Source of the DNA: an uncultured delta proteobacterium
Lineage (GTDB): Bacteria > Desulfobacterota > RBG-13-43-22
Length of the DNA: 64,000 bases
Assembly (NCBI GenBank): GCA_963802945.1
Contig: CAWDKY010000025.1
Coordinates: 64,001 to 128,000 of the forward strand
Reading direction: 5' to 3'
Shown: piece after piece, positions 50,487 to 59,367 of the stretch
Position numbering within the stretch: the stretch's first letter is position 1
How the letters are laid out: each line of letters opens with the position of its first letter
Notes under the pieces: model-generated
The model's database searches: none
The model's input: only the letters and a program-made list of their open reading frames with translations
Told to the model about the DNA's origin: nothing
Made by a program: the position numbers and the translations under genes

Positions 50487-50771
50487 CTAAATAACCTTGG
50501 GCACCACAAAAGATCCTCCTCCCTGCTCGGGGGCCAGGGCCAGAACATCCTCTTGATCCAGTGAAGGAATGATCTTGTCGTTCCGAAAGGCATTGGACAG
50601 GTGCAAGGCATGGGTCGTGGGTTCAATGCCGGTAGTATCGAGTTCAGATAATTTTTCCATATAAAGCAAAATATTATTGAGTTGAGGGGTAATGGTTTCT
50701 ATCTCTTTTGCCCCTAACTGCAGCCGGGCCAGATGAGCAATATGCTCTACCTCTGATTTCGAAAGTTTCAT
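50487..50771 (-). CDS. gatC: Asp/Glu-tRNA amidotransferase subunit C
   Basis: MKLSKSEVEHIAHLARL...LDTTGIEPT...FVVPKVI. Confidence 0.95.
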   Translation of the reverse strand: MKLSKSEVEHIAHLARLQLGAKEIETITPQLNNILLYMEKLSELDTTGIEPTTHALHLSNAFRNDKIIPSLDQEDVLALAPEQGGGSFVVPKVI

Positions 50772-50776
50772 TGGAA

Positions 50777-51811
50777 TTAAACCCTTTCCCAGAAATTTTT
50801 TTGAATAGCCCAAACTTTTTCAACGATCGGCAAATCAGGGCGAGTGTCGGAAAGTTGTTCCCTGGAAGAAAGAATAGTTTCTCCCAGGAGTTCTTTGAGG
50901 ACGGCTAAAACAGAAAAATGCAAACCTTCCGGATGATAACCTCCCTCTAAGGCCAATAATAAACGGCCTTCACAAACTTCCCGAGCTAATTGCATGAGGA
51001 TTCGAGTCATACGGGCAAATCCTTTAGGAGTGACAAGCTGTGCACCTAATGGATCTTCGTAATAAGTATCAAACCCGGCAGAGGTCAAGATCAGATCGGG
51101 CTTGAATTGCCGGGCAACGGGTTGAAGAATTCTTTCGAAGATCTGGGCAAAATCTTCATCCTGGTAGCCGCTGGAAAGGGGGCAATTTACCGTAAACCCT
51201 TGGGCCGTTTTTCCTCCCACCTCACCCAGCCCCCCTGTACCGGGATAATAAGGATACTGATGGGTCGAGAAATACAGGACCCGGTTGTTATCCCAGAAAG
51301 AGTGCTGAGTTCCGTTACCGTGATGGAGGTCCCAATCAACGATCAAAATTCGTTCCAATCCGTGTTGACGCCTGGCATATTCAGCAGCCAGGGCCACGTT
51401 GTTGAAGAGGCAAAAACCCATGGCCCGATTGGCTTCGGCGTGATGACCCGGAGGCCGGATGAGGGCAAAACCGTTATCGATATGCCCGACCAGTAAGGCA
51501 TCGACCAGGGCAAAGAGACCTCCGACGGCCATCAGGGCGGCTTCATAAGATTTGGCGGAAGTCTGGGTGTCAGGATCCAAAGAGGTGTAAGACTTGCTGG
51601 CCGTTGAGGCGATCTGCTGGATATAATCCGGCGTATGAATATAGGCCACTTCCGCCTGGGTTGCCGGGCGGGGCGGAACAGAGATAAGCTGACCTGAAAA
51701 ATTATCTTCCACCATCTGATAAAGCACTTCGAGTCGCTGGGGACTTTCCACATGGGGAACCCCCCTGATATGTTCCAAATAAATAGGGTCCTGGATGAGA
51801 GCGGTATTCAA
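50777..51811 (-). CDS. Histone deacetylase family (AcuC/HDAH-like) protein
   Basis: RPPGHHA, GFCLFNN, DWDLHHGNGT, SAGFD, LEGGY. Confidence 0.93.
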   Translation of the reverse strand: MNTALIQDPIYLEHIRGVPHVESPQRLEVLYQMVEDNFSGQLISVPPRPATQAEVAYIHTPDYIQQIASTASKSYTSLDPDTQTSAKSYEAALMAVGGLFALVDALLVGHIDNGFALIRPPGHHAEANRAMGFCLFNNVALAAEYARRQHGLERILIVDWDLHHGNGTQHSFWDNNRVLYFSTHQYPYYPGTGGLGEVGGKTAQGFTVNCPLSSGYQDEDFAQIFERILQPVARQFKPDLILTSAGFDTYYEDPLGAQLVTPKGFARMTRILMQLAREVCEGRLLLALEGGYHPEGLHFSVLAVLKELLGETILSSREQLSDTRPDLPIVEKVWAIQKNFWERV

Positions 51812-52333
51812 TGATAGGCCTCCAAATTAAATTAAGATGAAGTTAACAACAGGTCAGGGGCGTTGTCAAGAATGAAATGGGAGATCGGGAAACGCCTTCA
51901 GCTTGTTCCAAGGGAAAAAGCTGCTGAGGCCAATTCATGCACCGCATCGTCAAATCCATCCCACCCGAGCTGAAAGACCTGAAAATGAGCGGCGAGGCTG
52001 AGCCCTGCATTTAAATGTGTGCCCTAACGGCTTCCCGTGGCCCTATGTGGACCAGGGAGAATTGCGGGGGAGATGGTGCGTTAGATTGCTGCGGTCGGAA
52101 AGATGAGATCGGAAGAATTGCTACCCAACAGAAAGGCCGAGCAAAAGCCTTTTTGGGTTGTGCATAATAAGTTCTATGTTTTTCTCCTTGACTCTCAATT
52201 ATTCATTTTATAATCTTTCCAGCCAAAAGGAAATGACAAATTTTTCTGCCCTGGAAGAAATCTAAAAAAGGATGAAGTTCGACGATCAATGATCAAGGAA
52301 CACCAAATATTTTATTATTTTTGAAAGGTAAAA

Positions 52334-54055
52334 ATGGAAAAGAAGACCTATCCCGAATACAGCACTAACTACCCCCTGCTCCTCACTACCTTTATGAAAA
52401 GGCCGGTTAACCTCTATCCTCACAGAATAGGTGTGGTTTACCGAAATCCGAAGAACGCCCAATATTTTCGGTTTACTTGGCGCGAGTGGTATGAACGCAC
52501 CTGCCGCCTGGCCAATGCACTGCATTCCCTCGGCATGAAACCAGGCAAGCCCGGCCAACCAGGCATCCGGGTGGCCACCATGGCCCTCAATCATCATTAT
52601 CATCTGGAGCTTTATTATGCCGTTTCCTGCCTGGGGACAGTGTTGCATCCGATTAACATCAGGCTTTCCCTGGATCATATTGTCCATACCATTCTCCATG
52701 CCGAGGACAAGATCCTTTTTTTCGATGACGAATTTCTTCCTGTGGTGGAAACGATTTATGACCGGATCAAGGAAACCGTCGAAAAATTCGTTTATATATC
52801 CGACGAATCCGGGCTGCCGAAAACAAAGATTGAGCCTTTGTTCGACTATGAGGAACTGCTCAAGAATAAATCCTCCGAATTCGAATGGCCCGAACTTCAT
52901 GAGGATACGCCGGCTACCTTGTGCTACACCACAGGTACCACCGGTCTGCCTAAAGGGGTCCTATTCACCCATAGAACCCTTTACCTGATAAACATTCATA
53001 AACTGGCCAGGGATTTTCTCAACAACGATCCGGCCATGGTCTATTTAGGTGAAAGGGAAGTGGTCCTGTTGAATACGCCCTTGTATCATATCCACGGGTG
53101 GGGGTATCCGTACCAGTTTCTCTTCGCGGCCAATAGACTGGTCTTACCTGGAAAATTTACCGCTGATGGTTTTTGCGAATTGGTCCAAACCGAAAAGGTG
53201 ACTATGTCCAATCTGGTCCCTACCAGTCTGGCCATGCTGATTGAATATGAAGATTTGAAGAAATATGATCTGAGCAGCTTGAGGAATATTCAGGTAGGGG
53301 GTGCGGCCCTACCCCTGGGTCTTAAAGCCAAGGCCGAGGAATTGATTCCCGGGTTTGTCGCCACCTCTGCCTACGGCATGACTGAAACCGCACCATCGGT
53401 GGTGGCCACTTTCATTACACAGGACATGATAGACAAATCCAAAGAAGAGCTGGATGCGATCCGGGTCAAAACAGGCCTTCCTTTGCCGGGGCTGGAGGTT
53501 GAGGTGGTGGATGATCAGGGCCGGCCGGTACCCCGCGATGATTCGACTATTGGTCAGATCGTCATCCGGGGACCCTGGGTCATGGAGCAGTATTACAAAG
53601 ATCCGGTAAATACGGCCAAGGTCTGGCCCGACGGTTGGTTTCATACCGGCGACGTGGCCAAGATCGATTCAGAAGGGTATTTGACCATTGCCGACAGGGT
53701 GTCCGATATGATCCGCAGCGGGGCCGAGATGGTTCCGACCGTGCTGCTGGAAAACGTCGCCGCTTCCGCCGATTTCATTCTTGAGGCCACCTTCGTCGGG
53801 GTACCGGATGAAAAATGGGGACAGAGGCCCATGGCCATCGTCACCCTGGTCTCCGGGGCTAATAAAACCGAGGAGGATGTGATGGAATATCTCGAAACAG
53901 AAGGGGTGGCCAAGGGCAAGATCACCAAATGGATGCTACCGGCTTATATCCTCATCACCAACGACATACCCAAAACCAGCGTCGGAAAATTCAATAAGCT
54001 TTACATCAAGGAGCACATGGACCAATTCTTGTCCGGAGCAAAAAAAATGAGATAA
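52334..54055 (+). CDS. Medium/long-chain acyl-CoA ligase (AlkK/DmdB-like), copy 2
   Basis: YTTGTTGLPKG, AYGMTET, WFHTGD, PKTSVGK; TTGACT-17-TAATCT candidate at 52188-52216. Confidence 0.92.
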   Translation: MEKKTYPEYSTNYPLLLTTFMKRPVNLYPHRIGVVYRNPKNAQYFRFTWREWYERTCRLANALHSLGMKPGKPGQPGIRVATMALNHHYHLELYYAVSCLGTVLHPINIRLSLDHIVHTILHAEDKILFFDDEFLPVVETIYDRIKETVEKFVYISDESGLPKTKIEPLFDYEELLKNKSSEFEWPELHEDTPATLCYTTGTTGLPKGVLFTHRTLYLINIHKLARDFLNNDPAMVYLGEREVVLLNTPLYHIHGWGYPYQFLFAANRLVLPGKFTADGFCELVQTEKVTMSNLVPTSLAMLIEYEDLKKYDLSSLRNIQVGGAALPLGLKAKAEELIPGFVATSAYGMTETAPSVVATFITQDMIDKSKEELDAIRVKTGLPLPGLEVEVVDDQGRPVPRDDSTIGQIVIRGPWVMEQYYKDPVNTAKVWPDGWFHTGDVAKIDSEGYLTIADRVSDMIRSGAEMVPTVLLENVAASADFILEATFVGVPDEKWGQRPMAIVTLVSGANKTEEDVMEYLETEGVAKGKITKWMLPAYILITNDIPKTSVGKFNKLYIKEHMDQFLSGAKKMR

Positions 54056-54102
54056 GGGTTGACCTAGCCCAATATTTTATTGACATGTCTTTGCCTTACC
54101 GT

Positions 54103-54453
54103 TTAATTATGCTGGGTTTCCAAGGTGGCTTTTTCAAGTACGGTTTTGACATAGGCATTCAGGGTCATCCCTTTATGGGAAGCATTGATGACCAACCGTT
54201 CATGAAGATTGGGATTCAGTCGGATATTGAAAGACCCTTTGAACGGTTTTTCGGGTTCTTTCCCTTGTTCCGAGCACATAGTCAGGTAATCATCAACGGC
54301 GTTTTGAAAATCCTTTTCAATTTCTTTGACGATTGCACCTTCAAATCCGATCAATGCGGATGAAAGACCAAGGACTCGCCCATGAAAGATCTTCTCTTCT
54401 GCGTCAAAAATGACACTGCCATTATATCCCTTATATTTTAAAATGTTTTTCAT
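54103..54453 (-). CDS. hicB: HicB family antitoxin (orphan)
   Basis: MKNILKYKGY.GSV...FHGRVLG...AVDDYL..C...PEKPFKGSFNIRL...LH; RBS AGGAG; true start 54453, not 54681. Confidence 0.88.
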   Translation of the reverse strand: MKNILKYKGYNGSVIFDAEEKIFHGRVLGLSSALIGFEGAIVKEIEKDFQNAVDDYLTMCSEQGKEPEKPFKGSFNIRLNPNLHERLVINASHKGMTLNAYVKTVLEKATLETQHN

Positions 54454-54562
54454 GGATTGACTCCTATTTTTACTTTTGCTCACTAATAAGCTCCCCCAAG
54501 TTTTTAATGATTTGAAACAGATGGAAAGGTAAACAAACTGACTCGATTTACCGGCTAAAAAT

Positions 54563-54990
54563 TTATAAGAGGGGATTACGAACCTTAAGAAAAACGAATT
54601 TCCGAAAATCCATGTCCGAGGTATATATAGTTTGAACTCCGTGTTGTAGTAATAAAGCAGCCAAGTGGGCATCAGGTACAAGATTTCCCCTTACAGGAAG
54701 CCGGGAATTCACATTTTTATAGATGGCTAAGAATCCTTCCTGCTCGGTTACAATACGTACCCGGGGTAATAATAATAGTTTTTCGATATTGCCTCATCAG
54801 GAGACAAAGGATGAGCAAAAATACTGGGATGGGTGGATATTCTCAAATAAGCCATTAGGGTTGCCCAGGCGATACAAAAAAGTTCCGGATCTTTCACACG
54901 GCTTTCAAGAAATTCAATCGATGGGAGATAATACGGATTTTGTTGGTCCGAGGCATAGAGCAGAATATTGACATCCACCGAATAGCTCAA
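54563..54990 (-). pseudogene. vapC: VapC PIN-domain toxin, frameshifted near 54790
   Basis: SVDVNILLYA...YLRISTHP...PLSPDEA, then in another frame IEKLLLLPRV...RGNLVPDAHLAALLLQHGV..IYTSDMDFRKF...VRNPLL*; span of 428 nt is not a multiple of 3. Confidence 0.85.
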
Positions 54991-55226
54991 GGCTCGCTCC
55001 TATCCAAAATCCGATAAATGGTGTCTTTGTCGGAAAGGTCTACCCGGGCCTTCATGGGCCGTGAGGTCCATTTCAATGAAGGGGTTTTGATGGCCGCTTT
55101 TCTGGAGCCCAAGGCCTCCGCCAGAAGCCGGGAGATGATTTGGCCTAAGGATCGTCCTTCTTTTTTTTGGAGGTCCTTAATTTCTTTTAAAATAGGAGTT
55201 TCTATATCAACAGTTGTTCGTGTCAT
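54987..55226 (-). CDS. vapB: VapB-type ribbon-helix-helix antitoxin
   Basis: MTRTTVDIE...LGQIISRLLAEAL...VDLSDKD; 4-nt overlap with the vapC start. Confidence 0.85.
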   Translation of the reverse strand: MTRTTVDIETPILKEIKDLQKKEGRSLGQIISRLLAEALGSRKAAIKTPSLKWTSRPMKARVDLSDKDTIYRILDRSEP

Positions 55227-55235
55227 GATGATTAG

Positions 55236-55264
55236 ATGATATCTATTATTGCATCAGATGTCAA
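55236..55264 (-). promoter_or_regulatory. Sigma70 promoter of vapBC, nearly leaderless
   Basis: Minus strand TTGACA-17-TATCAT, ending 9 nt before the ATG; no SD; CATCT(G/A)AT repeats as a possible operator. Confidence 0.7.
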
Positions 55265-55323
55265 GAAATATTTGTGGGATTGCGGATAAATCTGATTTTG
55301 AATTTAACGGTAGGTTGTATTAT

Positions 55324-55354
55324 GTAGGGTGGATGAAACGAAGTGCAACCTACC
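55324..55354. repeat. Degenerate GTAG-type REP
   Basis: GTAGGGTGGATGAAACGAAGTGCAACCTACC resembles GTAG-family REP palindromes. Confidence 0.45.
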
Positions 55355-55933
55355 ATAGCACCTGGAATCATTTTGGGGCCAAAAACGAGTCTGTAGGGGT
55401 TGAAAATGCTTATTTCTGGGACATCCAGACCCTATTCAAAATAGAAAACAAAAGTTGATGTACTTTTTTCTTGACATGTCCTTAATGTTTACGATAAGGG
55501 AATGTTATTCTTCATAGTTAGGTAGTTAGTCTTTCGGCTGTATAGGTTCTTGGTTTAAAACCCACAACCCGTACCAAGCAACATTACAAAGAAGGTCTCA
55601 TGAGCTTTTCATTGATGGCCCATTTGTTGCGGAGCCCGCTATCCAGCCCGCCAGCCAGTTTATTTCTTCTTAAAGATAGACAATTTTCTAATCTCAAAAT
55701 CCGTTCATGTTTTAAATACAGCCAAAGGTTAGAGTTCTCTCTTGTCCATTATCCTTTTTATTCAAAAGGAACGGATCGCCCACTCTTTTTCAAAGGGACC
55801 CAGATAGAGAAAGGGGAATAACGGATTGTGCCGGGTGATGTAGTTCATATCCAGGAAGTAAAAATTAATTTCTGTTTAATAATAACTAATTGCTATCCCT
55901 AGTTTATTTAAATTCTACCAAAGGAGAGAGACC

Positions 55934-56872
55934 ATGATTTTAAAACGGAAAAGTATTTTCTTTGTAGCCATTATCATAATTTTTTCCCTGGGAGGCTGTT
56001 CAGCCCTTAATTCAGAATCAAGAAAAGACGATTTTTTTTCCAAGCCGGAAAGAACAGTGGAAGATTTTGAAAAGGCGGGAAAATGGTGGGGCGCCCGTGA
56101 TTTGAGCATGGGTCTCATGGCCAACCAGTTAGACGAACCGCTAGTACAAGCCCTCATGGATTCTGATAAACTCAGCTTCTTTTGGGTTCATTCCGATTTA
56201 AAGGTGGCTTTTGTGAAGGGATACCGGTTTGGTTATCAAGAAAGGACGGCGGACCTGGTCTTAGGCCCCAATATCACTGAAGCAGCCGCTCGCATAGGCG
56301 GCGTCATGGCCAAACAGTTTGTAGGAGTCATAAACGCTTTTGAAGCAGGTTGGGCCGAGACGCTCAACCGGGCTATTCAGGTTTTCATTACCTTAATATC
56401 CGAGGGATCTCAAGCCGACCGAGAGAAGTTTATTCAACAATTTGTCAATGAATATTCTGTTAAATATAGGGATACGCAGGAAAAGCTAAAAAGAGGCGGG
56501 TTCATAACTCAGCAATCGGAAGGTGGCACCTTGTTGTATATAGACGCGAGCAAGACACTCTCGGTTCTTGACATACCTAAGCCTGAGACCATTAAAACCG
56601 AGATTTACCATCAAACCTTTAAAGTCATGGGGGATGAATGGGGAAGGCGTTTCAGCCATAATCTGATTAAAAGGGATGAGCTTATAGATCTGTTAAGAAG
56701 AAGTCGGACAGCGCTTAATGAAGTTTCCCCCCATCTGCAAGGCAATCTGATCATCATCCAAGACTCCTTTATAAACGCATACGGAACGGATGCCAATTAT
56801 GTATTTAACGGATTGATTAAGGATGCAGGATTCACGGAACACCCTGCGCCAATTCCTCCTAAAAGGAGATAG
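55934..56872 (+). CDS. Hypothetical lipoprotein
   Basis: RBS AAGGAG, basic N-terminus + hydrophobic core + LGGC lipobox; no recognisable domain. Confidence 0.8.
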   Translation: MILKRKSIFFVAIIIIFSLGGCSALNSESRKDDFFSKPERTVEDFEKAGKWWGARDLSMGLMANQLDEPLVQALMDSDKLSFFWVHSDLKVAFVKGYRFGYQERTADLVLGPNITEAAARIGGVMAKQFVGVINAFEAGWAETLNRAIQVFITLISEGSQADREKFIQQFVNEYSVKYRDTQEKLKRGGFITQQSEGGTLLYIDASKTLSVLDIPKPETIKTEIYHQTFKVMGDEWGRRFSHNLIKRDELIDLLRRSRTALNEVSPHLQGNLIIIQDSFINAYGTDANYVFNGLIKDAGFTEHPAPIPPKRR

Positions 56873-56876
56873 GGTC

Positions 56877-56993
56877 ATGGCACAAGAAAAAATCAAGTGT
56901 GGAAAATGTGGAACTGATAATTGGGTTGATCCATTTAAGACTACCTCATGTAAGAAATGTGGGGCACCAATTAAAGGTACAAAAGCGAAATAA
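56877..56993 (+). CDS. 38-aa zinc-ribbon microprotein
   Basis: MAQEKIKCGKCGTDNWVDPFKTTSCKKCGAPIKGTKAK; AGGAG RBS in the upstream gene end; below the ORF-track cutoff. Confidence 0.75.
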   Translation: MAQEKIKCGKCGTDNWVDPFKTTSCKKCGAPIKGTKAK

Positions 56994-57054
56994 AAATTCT
57001 TAAAAGGGTGGAAGTCAACTGCCCACAGAACTGTATACTTAAAGGCTTCTGGGA

Positions 57055-57180
57055 ACAACCGTTGCAGTGCATTATGAGCAGGTTCTGCCTTTCTACGAAT
57101 CTCAGGATCTTAAGGTGAAGTATATACTCAGGCCGAGAATATTGTGGGTGATCTATGGTTCACCACTATAGATTTTTTCC
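57055..57180 (+). mobile_element. IS481-family transposase remnant
   Basis: TVAVHYEQVLPFYESQDLKVKYIL / GREYCG*SMVHHY matches the IS481-type core VLPFY...ILTDNGREYCG with the TDN segment deleted. Confidence 0.65.
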
Positions 57181-57336
57181 GAAATCCGAGGACAGCATAC
57201 TAATTTTAAAGTAGAGATGGGATTTCCTTTAAGTAACGACTGAAAAAAGATAGGTCGACCTTAATTGGATTTAAGATTAATATGACTGACATCGGTCGAT
57301 GTGAAATTACGCACCTGAAAAACTTTGGAGGTAAAC

Positions 57337-57504
57337 ATGATTAAAGTGGTTCTTATTTCATTTGTAATTCTTTTCGTTGCTTTTTTTGTCTTAAGAGGCG
57401 TTATGTTGTGGTATTGGAAAATTAATGAAATAGTCTCAAAACTTGACCTCATGTTATCTGAATTAAAGAAACTTTCAGACAGAAACTTGATCAAATAACA
57501 ATAG
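57337..57504 (+). CDS. 55-aa single-TM small protein (LRxxxLWYWKINE motif)
   Basis: MIKVVLISFVILFVAFFVLRGVMLWYWKINEIVSKLDLMLSELKKLSDRNLIKYK; RBS GGAGG; 14 nt before the next gene. Confidence 0.75.
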
Positions 57505-57518
57505 AGAGAGGTTGCATC

Positions 57519-58634
57519 ATGGGCGTGGGAATCAAACCGGAGGCATTAAAAAAAATATTGATACCTGCTGGTATTACATTAGGGGTTATCCTTATCATCG
57601 GGTTATTAATTTACATGCTTGCAATACCCTTTAACATCCTCATTATTGGAAAATTATATAGCAATATTGTGGCAAGAATCGTAAATCTGACGGGTATAAA
57701 CCAATGGCTTGTAAAGGGTATTGTAATAATAGCCCTTATACCGCTTATTTGGGTAATCCCACATCTCTATTGGGGTAAATATAAGAAAAGTGCAAGGGCT
57801 ATTGCTCTTCTATATTTTGGTGTCTTTTTTCTGTCCTTATTTTTTCTAAGCAAAGACATAAACTTTGCCCATTCGGGTTCAGATCAAATCAAGAAATGGT
57901 ATGCGCTTACACCCGAAGGAGTAAAATTTTATGATTCGGCTGGGGTTGACACTGACTATGGTATTACCTTAAGACCCGTGACGCCGGAAGTTATTAGGAA
58001 TTTAAAATTACTTCAGAAGGGCGATTTTAAGCCTATTAACCCTGCCAATGCGCAATTTTTCAATCCTATTACTGGAGCAGCACAAGTCTGGTTCTATAAA
58101 TATCCTGATGGAAATTATGAATTTTATGATAAGCCGGGTTATCATCCGATTACCGGGGAACCTCTACAGGCTGCAACCAAGAATGTATATTTGGAATGGA
58201 AGGAAAAACAGCATGCTCGCCTACAAAGACGTGCCATTGATAGTTGGGAGGTCAGTATAGATAAACGCTCTTGGCGGCCGGTGTCACTCCCGGATACAAA
58301 CTGGGGTTGTAACTATTGTACAAGATACTACCGTTCTAACTTTGATGGAAAGCCAAATAAAATAAAATTTCGTTGGGCTTCAGATAATAAAGCTCGCTTG
58401 ATCGTTAATGATGCTATAGCTTTTGATGAATTCTGGAGACCATATTATTGTACAGATGCGCCATGCTGCTTGAAGTGTTGCGATAACTATAATAATTGTA
58501 TGAGTAGTCTATCAGTATGGCGCGAGTTGGACACGTCACTATTTTCTGACAAGCAGAATGTGATTATCTGGGAGGTTTATCAGGAGGAGGGTGGCTCAGG
58601 GTTCTATGTGGAGATGGTTCAAGGAGAGAAATAA
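57519..58634 (+). CDS. Hypothetical membrane protein: 3-4 TM + duplicated WY/F..G...FYD..G...G..L module + Cys-rich beta-sandwich-like C-terminus
   Basis: Long AT-rich ORF with RBS GAGG; internal repeat visible in translation. Confidence 0.8.
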   Translation: MGVGIKPEALKKILIPAGITLGVILIIGLLIYMLAIPFNILIIGKLYSNIVARIVNLTGINQWLVKGIVIIALIPLIWVIPHLYWGKYKKSARAIALLYFGVFFLSLFFLSKDINFAHSGSDQIKKWYALTPEGVKFYDSAGVDTDYGITLRPVTPEVIRNLKLLQKGDFKPINPANAQFFNPITGAAQVWFYKYPDGNYEFYDKPGYHPITGEPLQAATKNVYLEWKEKQHARLQRRAIDSWEVSIDKRSWRPVSLPDTNWGCNYCTRYYRSNFDGKPNKIKFRWASDNKARLIVNDAIAFDEFWRPYYCTDAPCCLKCCDNYNNCMSSLSVWRELDTSLFSDKQNVIIWEVYQEEGGSGFYVEMVQGEK

Positions 58635-58656
58635 TTAGATATTATGCTAGATTGTC

Positions 58657-58772
58657 TGAGGTGGTCCCAAAAAACTGGACAATATGATAAGCTCTGAGTT
58701 AACCTAAAAGAAGAAGGCGGCTTTGGCTAAAAAGGAGCGATGACACCTCAATTTCAAGGCCGAGGTAGTCCA
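58657..58772 (+). mobile_element. IS3-family left-end remnant
   Basis: TGAGGTGGTCCCAAAAAACTGGACA terminal-IR-like start, followed by a degenerate orfA N-terminus (..TP.FKAEVV). Confidence 0.55.
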
Positions 58773-59097
58773 ACCATTTCTTCCACATTTCCGTAATCAT
58801 TATTTTTTAGATTCCAGCCCCCAAACAAGACTTGTAGTGAAAGAGGACGTTGTCCTCTTGATTCAGAAAACTATTTACAAGAATAGGTGCATAGATGTTT
58901 TTTTTTAAAAGAGCCCTTCCCAGACCCTTCTTTCCTGTCCAAAGGGATACTCACTGCGTTTGGTTTTACTGCCCAACACCATCATCCTTTTTTTTCAGAT
59001 CGTAAGGAACCTATTTGGGAATACTTTTATGAGTGGGATCCCCGGTCCGAGCAAATGAAGTCCAGGTATCCATAATTTTCTCTTTGCTGCTTTGATG

Positions 59098-59126
59098 TTG
59101 ACAATTTGGAAACAGCTTAATATATT
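59098..59126 (+). promoter_or_regulatory. Sigma70 promoter upstream of MFS gene
   Basis: TTGACA-17-TATATT. Confidence 0.6.
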
Positions 59127-59367
59127 TTAAACATTCCACAGACCAAGGGCAATCAAGGTCGGAGGAATCGGATTGCGGCTCTTCAATGGATTAAACCAAA
59201 CCCGATACAATTCTTTGTAAATCCGCAGCGTTTAACTACATCCGATAAAAACAACTTGATAAACAAGATTAATCGGGATCGATTTTATTCCGATTATTTT
59301 TGTATTTGCCGATTTAAAGTGATCAGGCTGGAAGTGCTTTATCGTCATCTGAAAGGAACGGGTTGTT

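Noticed and set aside
54454-54681. 76-aa N-terminal extension of HicB
   Set aside because: Overlaps the vapC 3' half in another frame; an RBS precedes ATG 54453.
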